Origin: an uncultured Chthonomonadaceae bacterium | GTDB taxonomy: Bacteria > Armatimonadota > Chthonomonadetes > Chthonomonadales > Chthonomonadaceae | Assembly (NCBI GenBank): GCA_963817895.1 | Contig: CAWFQB010000003.1 | Location: forward strand, 288,001-352,000 | DNA: 64,000 nt | Reading direction: 5' to 3' | Shown: positions 41,042 to 51,380 of the stretch, piece by piece | How the letters are laid out: each line of letters starts with the position of its first letter | Position numbering within the stretch: the first letter of the stretch is position 1 | Program-made: the position numbers and the translations under genes | The notes under the pieces: generated by a model | Told to the model about the DNA's origin: nothing | The model's database searches: none | What the model saw: the letters and a program-made list of their open reading frames with translations, nothing else

Positions 41042-43272
41042 CTACTTCGGCTTCGCGAAGATCGCGTTATCCACTGTTGTATTCACGGCAATATCCGTAA
41101 ACGTCAGGTCGAGCAGAGTCATGTTGCCCTGCGATACTTTCAGTGTGCCGGGTATTTTCACGCCCTTTGCCGTCTGGTAACTGCCCATCAGGACAATGAC
41201 CTGCGCGGTTTTGGTCGGCAGCACCATGCGTGTCGCGAGGTTAGTGGCGGGGTCAACATACACGCGCACAGCAACGCCCTTATCCGTCGTAATCACGTAC
41301 CCGGTTTCCGCGCCGTTGCCGGATTTGGGAAGCGGGCGCGTGGGATAGTTTTGCGTGTAGGCGTCGCGCAGCAGTTTGATGGGGTTGAGCGCGCTGCCCA
41401 AACCCGCCGGCGCGGCCTGCTCCATGCCCGCAACCGTCAGCCACTCCGCGCTGTTGCCGCCTTCCGTGCCGAACGCGATGGGAAAGCCGGCTCCCAGATC
41501 GGCGCGCACTTTGTCGGGCATCACAATGGTCAGCGTCAGGGTTTCAATGGGAATCGCTCCGGGCAATTGCCCCGTCGGGTCGGTCAGTTCCCCCTTGCCT
41601 TTCAGCACCATGCTTTTCAGGTTCAGGAAAGCGTCGCCGCCATGCGCCTTCACGGTTGCCGCAAGCATCGCCCGCCCCGCCGCCATCTCCTCCGTAGTCG
41701 CTTTCGCGCCCGCGCCGCTATTCCCCGCGCCTGTTCCTGCTCCCTGCGACTTGTCGCCTGTCCCTTCCAATGTGGGCGAAAGCAAATCCACGCTGCCGGA
41801 CGGAATCACGCGCACGGTTCCGATGCTTTCCACGTCTTTTTGGATCGCTTTGGCGTCGCCCACAAGGACAACCTGCGGCGCGTTCAGATGCAGGCCGCGC
41901 ATGATTTCGGGAACCTGGCTGCCCGTAACCGCCTGAACGCGCTCCACATAGCCCGTCAGGTCCGCCGGCCCGTTGCCGTACAGCACGGCGGGAACAAGGC
42001 GGGTCAGTACGCCGCTCGGCGTGGCGACGCTGACCGCGAACGAACCCTGCAAAAAGGTTTTGCGATCCTGAAGTTCCGCGTTCGGCACTTCGCCCACGCC
42101 GATTTTACGCGCCTCTTCCAGCGCCAGTTTGACCACTTCGCCCGTCGAAGCGTTTTTGGTAAACGTGGAGATTTCAAACTCGCCCGCGTCTTTATGGCGA
42201 CTGAAGAAACTGGCCGCGCCATACGTCAGGCCGCGCTTTACGCGAATTTCGCGCGTCAGGCGGCTATCGAATTGCCCTAGTCCGAGTACGGCAGTCGCAA
42301 CCGTTCCGGCAATCCGGTTCGGATCGTTGTAGCCACTCGTCAGGACGCCGATACGCACTTCTGTTTGCGCGGCTCCCGGGCGGTCTATGATGGTAATCTG
42401 CGGTTTGGCAGAAGACGCGGCGGCTGATGGGCGGCGCGGGCGGCGCGGGCACGTCTTTTTTTTCCCAGCTTCCAAGCGCGGCCTGCGCTTTTGCCATTGC
42501 CTGCGCGGGCGTGATGTCGCCGACAAGAAACAGCGTGGATTGGTTGGGCGCGAAATACGTGTCGTGAAACTTGACCAGATCGTCATGGGTCAGCGATTGC
42601 AGCGTTTGGGGCGTCCCCGCGCTGTTGTTGCCGTAGGGATGCGCGCCGTACACAAGGCGGGCAAGGGCGAGATCGGCAACGGTTCCGGGCTGTCCCAAAG
42701 CCGCCGTCAGTTCGTTCACGGCCTGCGTCCGCGTTCGGTCTAGTTCCGCTTCGGGAAACGTCGGATGCAGCGTAATGTCGGCAAGCAGGCCGAACAGCGT
42801 GTCCGTATAGGGCGACAGGCCACTGGCGGATACCGTCAGGTAATCATCGCTCGCGTCCGCGCCCAGTGACGCGCCCAGTCCGTCAATCGTATCGGCAATC
42901 TGCGTTTCATCCCGCGTGGTCGTTCCTTTATTCAGCAGGCGCGCGGTCATGGCGGCCAGTCCCACTTTGTCTTTCGGGTCGCGTATGGAACCGGCGGGAA
43001 TCGCCAGTCGCATCCACACGGCAGGCTGCTTGTGGTCTTCCAGCACGACGAGTTTCAGGCCGTTGGGCAGGGTTTGCTGCACGATTTGCGGCAATTGCAG
43101 CGCGCGCTCCTTGCCCAAGCGGCGGCAGTCCCGCCGCGGTGTTGGCGGCGTTTCTGCGCATTGCCTGCGAGGACAGCAGCGCGAGCGTCAGCGTTCCCCC
43201 GGCAAGCGACGGCGGCAAAGCCGCCATGACATGCGCCGCGACGGTTCGGGAACGATAGAAAAATATAGACAT
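41042..43272 (-). CDS. M16 family peptidase-like subunit (no HxxEH seen) with an extra C-terminal domain; apparent frameshifts
   Basis: TLPNGLKLVVLEDH, GLAAMTARLLNKGT, SRLTREIRVKRGLTYG. Confidence 0.85.
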
Positions 43273-43325
43273 TATCGAGCCTCCTTGCGGCCTTGCCGTT
43301 TGCAGCCGAAGCGTTGTTTGTCGCG

Positions 43326-44808
43326 TTACGTTTGCGCAACGGCGTTCTTATCGGCAACACTCTGCGCCGACTTGTCGGCTTTGGGCGCGTCCTGCGGTTT
43401 CTGCATGGAAGCGGGCAGCATGTATAGCACATTGCGCTGCGCGGGGACAAAGTATTTCTGCGCCACGCGCTGAATGTCCGCGGCAGTGACGGCCTGCAAT
43501 TCCGCCAATTCTTTGTTCGCCTCATCGGGCGTGCCGTACAGCAGGTCGGCCTCGCCCAACTGGCTTGGCTTTGGCTTCGGTAGAAATCGTGCCGAACACT
43601 TTGCCCGAAATGGCCTGATTTTTGGCCTTGTCCAGTTCCGCCTGGCTGACGGGCTGGGTGCGCAGCAGTTCCGTCTGCTCCACAAGCGCTTTTTCCAGCG
43701 CTTCGGGCGATTTGCCCGCGTTGGCGACCGCGAAGAAGAAGAACATGCCGCCCAATTTCAGTTCCAGCGGCGAGCCGCCCGCTTCCACGGCAATCTGCTG
43801 ATCGCGGACAAGCGCGCGGTACAGGCGCGAACTGTTGCCGACGGAGAGAATGCTGCGACATCACATCGAATACGGGCAGGTCTTTGGCGTCTGCGCCCTC
43901 GGTTGCGGGCAGGCGGAAGGCCATCACGACCATCGGCAGGGGCGCGAGTTTGTCGTAAAGGGTTTTGCGCTGTTCCGCCGTCTGGTTGCTCGGCACAACA
44001 GGATAGCGCGTGAACGGTTTGGCGGATTTGGGAATGGCTCCGAAATATTTGCTGATACGGGCCAGCGCGTCAGCGGTTTTGAAGTCGCCGACAAGCACGA
44101 GCGTCGCGTTGTCGGGCTTGTAATACTCGTCGTGGAAGGCTTTCACGTCGCTGAGTTTCGCGTCATCCAGATTCGCCATGATGCCGATGGTGGTATGCGC
44201 GTACGGATGGGCGGCGGGAAACAGCATGGCCTGCACGTTTTCAATCAGCGTGCCATACGGCGCGTTTTCCACGTCCATGCGATGCTCTTCTTCCACGACA
44301 GCCCGCTCGGATTTCAGGTTCGGCTCGTCCACGCGCAGCGAGCCATGCGGTCGGCTTCCAGAAACAGAACGCGATCCAGCGCGTTGGTAGGCACGGTTTC
44401 GTAGTACAGCGTCCGGTCGAAATAGGTATTGGCGTTGTAATCGCCGCCGATCTGCTCCACATAGCGGGCGTGTTCTTCCGGACCGACATGCGCGGAACCT
44501 TTGAACATCAGATGCTCGAACATGTGCGCGAACCCGGCCTTGCCTTTGGCCTCGTCCTTGCTGCCGACGTGATACCAGATTTGCAGCGTGACAACGGGGG
44601 CGCGATGGTCTTCCAGCGTGACCACTTTCAGGCCGTTGGGCAGTTTCGTCTCTTTATAATCCAGCCGGGGTACGGGTATTGCGGCAGCGGTCGGCTTTCC
44701 CGCTTCCTGCGCCCGCGCGAACGGCAGAATGGATAAACTCAATCCGCCAATCGCAATCAAAGACAGTACAAAGCGGCGACGCCAACTTTTCAGATGCAAA
44801 TGCTTCAT
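43326..44808 (-). CDS. M16 family zinc peptidase (catalytic subunit); apparent frameshifts
   Basis: LPNGLKVV, WYHVGSKDE, GFAHMFEHLMFKGS (HxxEH), NANT..DRT.Y, YYKPDNATLVLVGD. Confidence 0.9.
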
Positions 44809-45009
44809 AAAGAAAACCTCCAACACGGCGGTTGAATTAGAGTAAACTTCAATAAAATCAATACGCGGAGATGCAGGCGCGCCCGTCATTTATTTTTGTG
44901 GGTTATGTTCAACACTCCAAAGGTAGTACGCAGGAGAAAGCGGGGCTGTTAGCGTATTGTATGCCATGCCGTAAACATCGCTTGCCCTGCGCGCATACAG
45001 GATTGAAAC

Positions 45010-46218
45010 ATGTTTAAAAGAACTCTGCCAGCGCTGCTGCTCCTGACGGGGGCCGTTTTTGCCTTGTACTCGCGTCGCAAGCCGTCGCCCCCTGCGCCTG
45101 CAATCGCAGTGCAGCCTGTGACCATGGTTGCGCCCATGCCCGCACTTTTATCCACAACTACGTCGCCCAATGCGCCTGTGACACTGTCGCCGTCAGGATA
45201 CACCGTGACAGACATGAACACGGCACGCGGCCCCGTATGGAAACTACTGCCGATGAACTGGCGCAAAGGCCTGACGCCACTGGAAAATTCACAGGGACAG
45301 CGTATCGGGGCGAGGCGCGTCGGCCAGTATTGCCCTGACAGCTCTCTATCAGGCGGCAAGCGTCCGCGCATCCTCCGTAAAGAGGACTACATCGCTATCC
45401 ATCACGGCTTTTTGTACGCTAAACGCGCCGAACGGGACTTAGGCGCGCTTGGAGGCCACAACAGCAGCGCGGCCTGTATCAATGAGCGAGGGCAAGTTGT
45501 TGGCGAAGCTGATAGCGCGGACGACAGTCCGCGTCCAGTACTGTGGGAGGGACGTAAACCGACTCCGCTTCCCACAATGCCCATGTACATTACCGGCAAA
45601 GCGACCTGGATCAATAATCATGGCGATATTGTTGGCAGTATCGGAGGCATTTTCGGTTCGGCGTGTTTGTGGCGCAACGGTCAGCTTTACATACTTGATA
45701 CGCAGGCAGGCTTGAACGGTGAAACTGCGTCCATTGACAGCGTGGCAAATTGCATCAGCAACAGCGGCGATATTGTGGGAGATAAGGGCTGGCACGGGTC
45801 CATACGCCGTCAGGCTTTCTATTGCCATGATGGTAAAATGCAGTGGCAGACGCCCCTATCCGGCTACACGGAGAGTTACGCTTCTGGCGTCAACAGCCGG
45901 GGCGAGATAGTCGGCAGGGTTGAACGTCAGGTTGATGTGTCCAAACTGCATTGGCAAGAACATCACTCATCGGGCGGAGCCTGGCCCAATGGCTATGAGG
46001 AGATAGGCCACTACACGCAGCAATGCGCCGTCCTCTGGCGCAACGGCGCGTGTATCAATCTGAATACCCTTGTGCCTGCCGGATTCAAATGGGAACTGAG
46101 AAACGCGAAGTCTATCAACGACGAGGGCTGCATCCTCGCAGAAGGCTATTTTCAGGACAAAACACATACTTTTCTGCTGAAACCTCGTCCCGTAAAGCTA
46201 TCATCAGAGACCAACTAA
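45010..46218 (+). CDS. Secreted protein with HAF-type extracellular repeats
   Basis: Signal peptide; repeated DLGALGG..S.A..IN..GQVVG, AVLW.NG..INLN. Confidence 0.75.
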   Translation: MFKRTLPALLLLTGAVFALYSRRKPSPPAPAIAVQPVTMVAPMPALLSTTTSPNAPVTLSPSGYTVTDMNTARGPVWKLLPMNWRKGLTPLENSQGQRIGARRVGQYCPDSSLSGGKRPRILRKEDYIAIHHGFLYAKRAERDLGALGGHNSSAACINERGQVVGEADSADDSPRPVLWEGRKPTPLPTMPMYITGKATWINNHGDIVGSIGGIFGSACLWRNGQLYILDTQAGLNGETASIDSVANCISNSGDIVGDKGWHGSIRRQAFYCHDGKMQWQTPLSGYTESYASGVNSRGEIVGRVERQVDVSKLHWQEHHSSGGAWPNGYEEIGHYTQQCAVLWRNGACINLNTLVPAGFKWELRNAKSINDEGCILAEGYFQDKTHTFLLKPRPVKLSSETN

Positions 46219-46249
46219 AGTTCTTTGGGCAAACACGGGGGGGTTGCCC

Positions 46250-47197
46250 CTACGCCAGCGGTATAATTCGCCGAACTACGGGCGCGTTCACAGTTGGTTC
46301 TTCCTTTGTGAGTACGGTAATCGAAGGCACTTGACATTCACGCAGATACTCTCGCGCCCGCTCGATGCCGTATCCGACCTGTTCAACCCTGTGGCTGTCA
46401 TCGCCGAAGCAGAACGGAATTTCTAATTGATGCGCCTGCCGCGTCCAATACGTATCCGGGTAAGGATGTGAAAGCCCTTTGCGCCAGCCCGCCGTATTCA
46501 GATCAAGTATGCCGTTGTTATCGCGCACAACGCCCATGGCCCTCTTTCCTGCTTCCAGCATGGCGGCCATTGACGCGGCATTAACTCCCGATGTTTCAAA
46601 GTTGTAACCTGTCTCTTCCAGCTTCGTAAAATTCAGCCGGATAAGATCGAAGTGACCGACAACATCGGGACGCAGGGTTTCCACCATAACCGCGACCTGA
46701 TGATAATATTCGCGCGTCAGTTCCACAATGTCGCCACAGGAGTTTAGCGACTGTTTGAAAAGGTCAAGCGGCCCGTCAATGCTGTAGCCGTTGATGAAAT
46801 GCGCGGAACCTACCATGTAATCGAACGCGGGTGAGCCGTCCTGCAATCTCTGTTCCCGGTAGCCGCGCATAATTTCGGCATAATTATCCGGCGGCACGAT
46901 TTCGGCCTCGAAACCGCGCAAGATGGTTAAACGATCCGCGTATTCTTCCACAAGGGGGGGCAAAGCGTGGACGTAGCGGTTGAAATCGTCCGCGATCTTC
47001 GCCACCGTCCAGCCCATCTCTTTTTCGTTGTCGTAAAGGTACTGTTCGCCCAAACGCGGGGCGTGTTCGCTGACGCCGAACGTATGGTAGCCGAACGCGA
47101 CAGCCGCGTCCAGCATCTCGCGCAGCGTACCCTCGGCATGATCGCAATACTCGCCGCTATGCCCGCCATGCAGCGACACTCTCCACTCATCTGCCAC
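46250..47197 (-). CDS. PHP-family histidinol-phosphatase (HisJ-like)
   Basis: SLHGGHSGEYCDHA, SEHAP, GFEAE, VGSAH, GHFDLI, GDDSH. Confidence 0.85.
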   Translation of the reverse strand: MADEWRVSLHGGHSGEYCDHAEGTLREMLDAAVAFGYHTFGVSEHAPRLGEQYLYDNEKEMGWTVAKIADDFNRYVHALPPLVEEYADRLTILRGFEAEIVPPDNYAEIMRGYREQRLQDGSPAFDYMVGSAHFINGYSIDGPLDLFKQSLNSCGDIVELTREYYHQVAVMVETLRPDVVGHFDLIRLNFTKLEETGYNFETSGVNAASMAAMLEAGKRAMGVVRDNNGILDLNTAGWRKGLSHPYPDTYWTRQAHQLEIPFCFGDDSHRVEQVGYGIERAREYLRECQVPSITVLTKEEPTVNAPVVRRIIPLA

Positions 47198-47358
47198 GTT
47201 TGCCCCTTTTGTTGTCTTGACGACGAACAGCCAAATCTAAGGAACTCCAAAACACTTTCAAGCGTCTTTGCAATCACGTTATTAACTACAAACGCGACTA
47301 CCGCCGTATGAGAATCGCCGTTTTTCACCTGTTGTAAATTGAATACCGGAGATAGAAA

Positions 47359-48267
47359 ATGGAACCTACGAAACGATCCCTGATGGAAGTTCAGCCCTGT
47401 ACCTGCGGCACGAACGGGCGTATCCATGCCGCCGGGTGCGGGTGCGAAAAAGCCCTGGAGTTTCTGGTCGAGCCAACCGCGCAATACCACTATTCCCGCC
47501 GCGAAGTGTTGCGAGTTGCGCTTGTCGGCGGCTTAACGCTCTCCGCCCTGCCTCTGCTGATGCAGGAAGCCGAAGCCGACCTTTTCAAGCCAAGCCCCGC
47601 GCAACAGATTAAAATGGGCGATCAGGCGGCGCAACAGGTGCTACAGAAATACCGCGTCGTCACCGATGACCGCGCCCGCGAGTTCAACCGCGTGGGGGCC
47701 AAACTCGTAAACTCGCTACCCGCTGCCGACAAAGGCATCTGGAACTATACCTTCCGCGTGGTGGACAGCAAGGAGATCAACGCCTTCGCCTTGCCCGGCG
47801 GCAACATGTTCATGTTTACCGGCCTGATGGATCGCATCAAATCCGCCTCCGAACTTGCGGCGGTGACAGGCCACGAAATGACGCATGTGCGCAAGCAACA
47901 CTGGGCTAACGCTTACGCCGGACAGCAGAAACGCTCTATTGGCCTCGGCGTGTTGTTGGGATTGACTCATGCCGGGAGCGGAGTGCAGGCGTTGGCAGGA
48001 GCCGGCAACCAGTTGTACTCGCTCCGCTTCTCGCGCGGCGAGGAGGATCAGGCCGATGCGGGCGGACTGGAAAACATGGCAGCCGCAGGTTTCAACCTCA
48101 ACGGCATGATTGACCTGTTCAACACGCTACAAACCGCGACAGGCGGCAAAAGCGGCGGGCCGGAATTCCTGAGCGACCATCCGCTGACAACCGCGCGCAT
48201 CAAGCACACGCAGGAACGCATCACCAAAATGCAGGCGCAAATGGGGCAGAGTTCAAGCAGAGGTTAA
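47359..48267 (+). CDS. M48 family metallopeptidase with Tat-like signal
   Basis: SRREVL; INAFALPGG, GHEMTH, FSRGEEDQAD, FLSDHP. Confidence 0.9.
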   Translation: MEPTKRSLMEVQPCTCGTNGRIHAAGCGCEKALEFLVEPTAQYHYSRREVLRVALVGGLTLSALPLLMQEAEADLFKPSPAQQIKMGDQAAQQVLQKYRVVTDDRAREFNRVGAKLVNSLPAADKGIWNYTFRVVDSKEINAFALPGGNMFMFTGLMDRIKSASELAAVTGHEMTHVRKQHWANAYAGQQKRSIGLGVLLGLTHAGSGVQALAGAGNQLYSLRFSRGEEDQADAGGLENMAAAGFNLNGMIDLFNTLQTATGGKSGGPEFLSDHPLTTARIKHTQERITKMQAQMGQSSSRG

Positions 48268-48358
48268 AATGCAGGTTGTGAGTTGTTAGGTTGTTAGGGT
48301 TCAAGCAATGCTTTTCGCGCGCCGAAATAGTGTGTCACAGCTGCATTGGCCTAACAAC

Positions 48359-49391
48359 TAGGGCCTTGTGCTAGTTAGGGAAGGCCAGTGCCTTGATCTG
48401 CAAGAACTCTGCCTTGCCGAGCAAGCGGTTTAGATAGATGCACACGGTATGGGCGGTCAACTTGGCGTACAAGCGGGTACACAAGCCCCAAAAACTATGC
48501 GCATGATTGGTTTCGACGTTGAACTGTTGCGTGAGTTGCCCATTGACCGTCTCGATTATCTGCCGCAAACGGTTGAAGCGGTACTTGGTTTCGCGACTAA
48601 CCTGTTGTTTCTGGTTGGAACGCGGCAGGGTTAGCAGACGGACATTGCGTTGGGCACACTGTTCCTTCGCTTCCTGACTGATGTAGCCTTTGTCGCCCAT
48701 GACCAGCAAATTCGCGTGGGCCGACAGGATTTCCTGCCCCACGCTCAGGTCGGTTTCGTTGGCAGGGGCGAGTTCAAAGTCCAGAATAGTTCCGTTGACA
48801 GCTAACAACAAGTGCAGTTTGTAGCCGAAGATTGTCCACTTCTTGGAACTGACTTTGCCGAAGGTCGCGCCGTGTTCTTTCCAGCCGCTGCCCGCCTGCG
48901 GAGCCAGATGAAAGCCGACAACGGGAACCGGCAGGCTGTCAAGCAAGCATTGTCCATCTTGGGCTAAGTCCAACAAGCCAAGTACACCTTGACGGATCAG
49001 GTTCATCGCCTGACACAGGGTACGGCGGCGACGATTGAAGCGCGAACGCTCGGGCAAATGCGGGAATAAGTGGCGGTACATCCGCCATTCCTGCATCATC
49101 TCCGTTTCTTTGTCCCACCCCCGGCACTCGCCCACAAGGGCGAGCGTGAGCAATTCGGCATCACTGCACTCGGATTGGGGGCCGGGATGGGTGAACTGAC
49201 TGCCGATTTCTTGCCAGATACTGTCAATCACATAGTAGACCCACAAGCAGAAGTCGTCAAAATGCGTTATCATGGAAGTGCCTTTCGTTACGCGCGGAGT
49301 TTGTGTGATGATAAACTCTTGTACGTAACGAAGGCACAAACTGAACAAAGGACAGGCCACACAATGACGTGCTAACTAGCACAAGGCCCTA
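48359..49391 (-). mobile_element. Complete IS982-family insertion sequence (1033 bp)
   Basis: Perfect 20-bp terminal inverted repeats TAGGGCCTTGTGCTAGTTAG (48359-48378 / 49372-49391); 8-bp direct repeat CTAACAAC on both flanks (48351-48358, 49392-49399). Confidence 0.9.
48371..49273 (-). CDS. IS982-family DDE transposase
   Basis: SDAELLT, LPERSRFNRR, LDSLPVPV, FGYKLHL, GDKGY, RQIIETVNGQL; the stop codon lies inside the TIR. Confidence 0.9.
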   Translation of the reverse strand: MITHFDDFCLWVYYVIDSIWQEIGSQFTHPGPQSECSDAELLTLALVGECRGWDKETEMMQEWRMYRHLFPHLPERSRFNRRRRTLCQAMNLIRQGVLGLLDLAQDGQCLLDSLPVPVVGFHLAPQAGSGWKEHGATFGKVSSKKWTIFGYKLHLLLAVNGTILDFELAPANETDLSVGQEILSAHANLLVMGDKGYISQEAKEQCAQRNVRLLTLPRSNQKQQVSRETKYRFNRLRQIIETVNGQLTQQFNVETNHAHSFWGLCTRLYAKLTAHTVCIYLNRLLGKAEFLQIKALAFPN

Positions 49392-49422
49392 CTAACAACC
49401 CAATAACCTAACAACCTGCAAT

Positions 49423-49713
49423 TTACGTTCCCGGCAGCAAGCCCTCCTCTTCCGCCCACTTCAACACGCTGCGCCAATCCGGGGAGGGTATCAGGCCGTC
49501 ATGCGTCAGGCGCTGCACCAATCCGGTCATAAAAGACGCGACGTACTGCGGCGGCAATGCCAGCTCCCTCGCGATCTCTTCAATCTCATAATCTTCCTGT
49601 GACAACGCCAGAATACGACGCTGATCGGCGCTGAATGTTTCGCGGATACGCTCGTTCGCCTGCCGGTGAACGCGCTCCAGTTTGCGGTGCTTGATGCGGG
49701 CTTTTGTCCTCAA
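49423..49713 (-). CDS. Small HTH (LuxR/sigma region 4-like) protein
   Basis: RBS GGAGG; FSADQRRILALSQEDYEIEEIARELAL. Confidence 0.55.
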   Translation of the reverse strand: MRTKARIKHRKLERVHRQANERIRETFSADQRRILALSQEDYEIEEIARELALPPQYVASFMTGLVQRLTHDGLIPSPDWRSVLKWAEEEGLLPGT

Positions 49714-49970
49714 TCGGCCTCCATGAACAGGGTGAACAATCAGGGTTTGGAATAGTTTATGGTTCGCTACAATCTGTAGAAAATCCTTCCCGGCATAAAT
49801 AATGATAAATTTTCATGTATTTTCCTTAGATACAGCAGGAGATACGCGAAAAGGTGTAGAAAAATACAGCGCCTCGCCAAAGAAGCGGTTGTATATTCGG
49901 TGGTGTTCCTCTGCCACTTGAGCCGTTCGCGCTTCTTAACTCTCACCACAGTTGCCCCAATAAAGGAGAT

Positions 49971-51320
49971 GTGAAAACGATGACGTTTTCAGCACAGTAT
50001 TCCCGACACGCGCTTCGCCGCTCGATGCGGCGCGTTGCCCTCGCCAGCCTCACCGGCATCGGCATGGCCGTTAGTTTATGGGGGTGCGATGGACATGGTT
50101 CCAATTCCACCAGCCGCGCCACCAATGTTCTTTACGTCGAGTCCAATGAACCCGGCGCAAACACTCTGCTGGCTTATCACCGCAGTACGGATGGCAGCCT
50201 GACCCCGCTTTCCGGCAGCCCCTTCGATCTGCGCGGACAGGGGCTTGCCAATCCGACCGAGGATTTTGGTCCCTCCGACGCCGATCAGCAAATCATTACC
50301 AACTCGGATCACAGCCTTCTCTATGCGGTGAATTCGGGCAGCAACACCATTGCGGTTATGAACATCAAATCGGATGGCACACTGACCCACATCACCGGTT
50401 CCCCCTTCCCCTCCGGGGGCGTCAACCCCATCAGCCTGGCTCTCTACAACAACAGGCTGTATTGCGCCAACAAGAATGTGGCATCGAAGTCCGGCAGCGG
50501 CACGCCGAGCTACACCGCTTTCAACGTCGCCGCCACTGGAGCGCTTACCCAGATACCCGCCGCCACACTGACTTCCAGCGCCGGAGCCTCCGCCGCTCAA
50601 ATTCTGGCGTCACGAGTGAGCAAAACCATGTTCACCAACGACTTCTTCGGACCGGTGGCCTCGCCGCCGACAGGCAGCCTGCGCTCGTGGCAGATCAATG
50701 CGGATGGCTCGTTAACGCAGGCCGGTTCTGCGCAAACGGTTCCGGTTCCTGTGCCTGCCGGGACCCCGGCGCAGTTTCAGGCGCTTTACGCGGTTACGCA
50801 GGGCGTTCAAACGCATCCCACGCAGCATATCTTCTACGCCTGCGCCCCTATCTCCAGCAGCATCTGCGTGTATACCTATGATGACAGTGGAGTGTTGACA
50901 TTCCATTCCCTTGCGAAAACCACCGGCGCCCTTAGCTGCTGGCTGCTTATCAACCAGGGCGCCACGCGGATGTATGTGGTTTCCACCGGCGACAACAGCG
51001 TTTCCACGATGGACATCACTAACCCGCTTGCCCCTGTCGAGATACAACGCCTGGTTATGAAGGATGCCGGCCCCACCTTCCCGGTACTTCCCATTATCGC
51101 GAATGTCGCTTCCAGCACCGGCTCGGAAGAGTCTCTGGATCCCTCGGGGCAGTTTCTGTATGTGATCTCGCATCGCAACAATCCCGATACGGCCTATCAC
51201 GGAGGTAATTTGCTGCACATCCTCCGCGTCAACAGCGACGGAACCTTGGGCGAGGCAGGCAACTCGGTCAATCTTAACGTGAGCGACAATGCGAACGTGC
51301 ATGGACTGTTGACGTTCTAA
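49971..51320 (+). CDS. Lactonase-like beta-propeller lipoprotein
   Basis: Lipobox-like LWGC; LYAVNSGSNTI, repeated DGSLT, CW, DPSGQFLY. Confidence 0.8.
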   Translation: MKTMTFSAQYSRHALRRSMRRVALASLTGIGMAVSLWGCDGHGSNSTSRATNVLYVESNEPGANTLLAYHRSTDGSLTPLSGSPFDLRGQGLANPTEDFGPSDADQQIITNSDHSLLYAVNSGSNTIAVMNIKSDGTLTHITGSPFPSGGVNPISLALYNNRLYCANKNVASKSGSGTPSYTAFNVAATGALTQIPAATLTSSAGASAAQILASRVSKTMFTNDFFGPVASPPTGSLRSWQINADGSLTQAGSAQTVPVPVPAGTPAQFQALYAVTQGVQTHPTQHIFYACAPISSSICVYTYDDSGVLTFHSLAKTTGALSCWLLINQGATRMYVVSTGDNSVSTMDITNPLAPVEIQRLVMKDAGPTFPVLPIIANVASSTGSEESLDPSGQFLYVISHRNNPDTAYHGGNLLHILRVNSDGTLGEAGNSVNLNVSDNANVHGLLTF

Positions 51321-51380
51321 ACCGTCTGCATCAATCCTTCCACTCTCGGAACCATCTTTTCTGAAAAGGACATTTCGATC

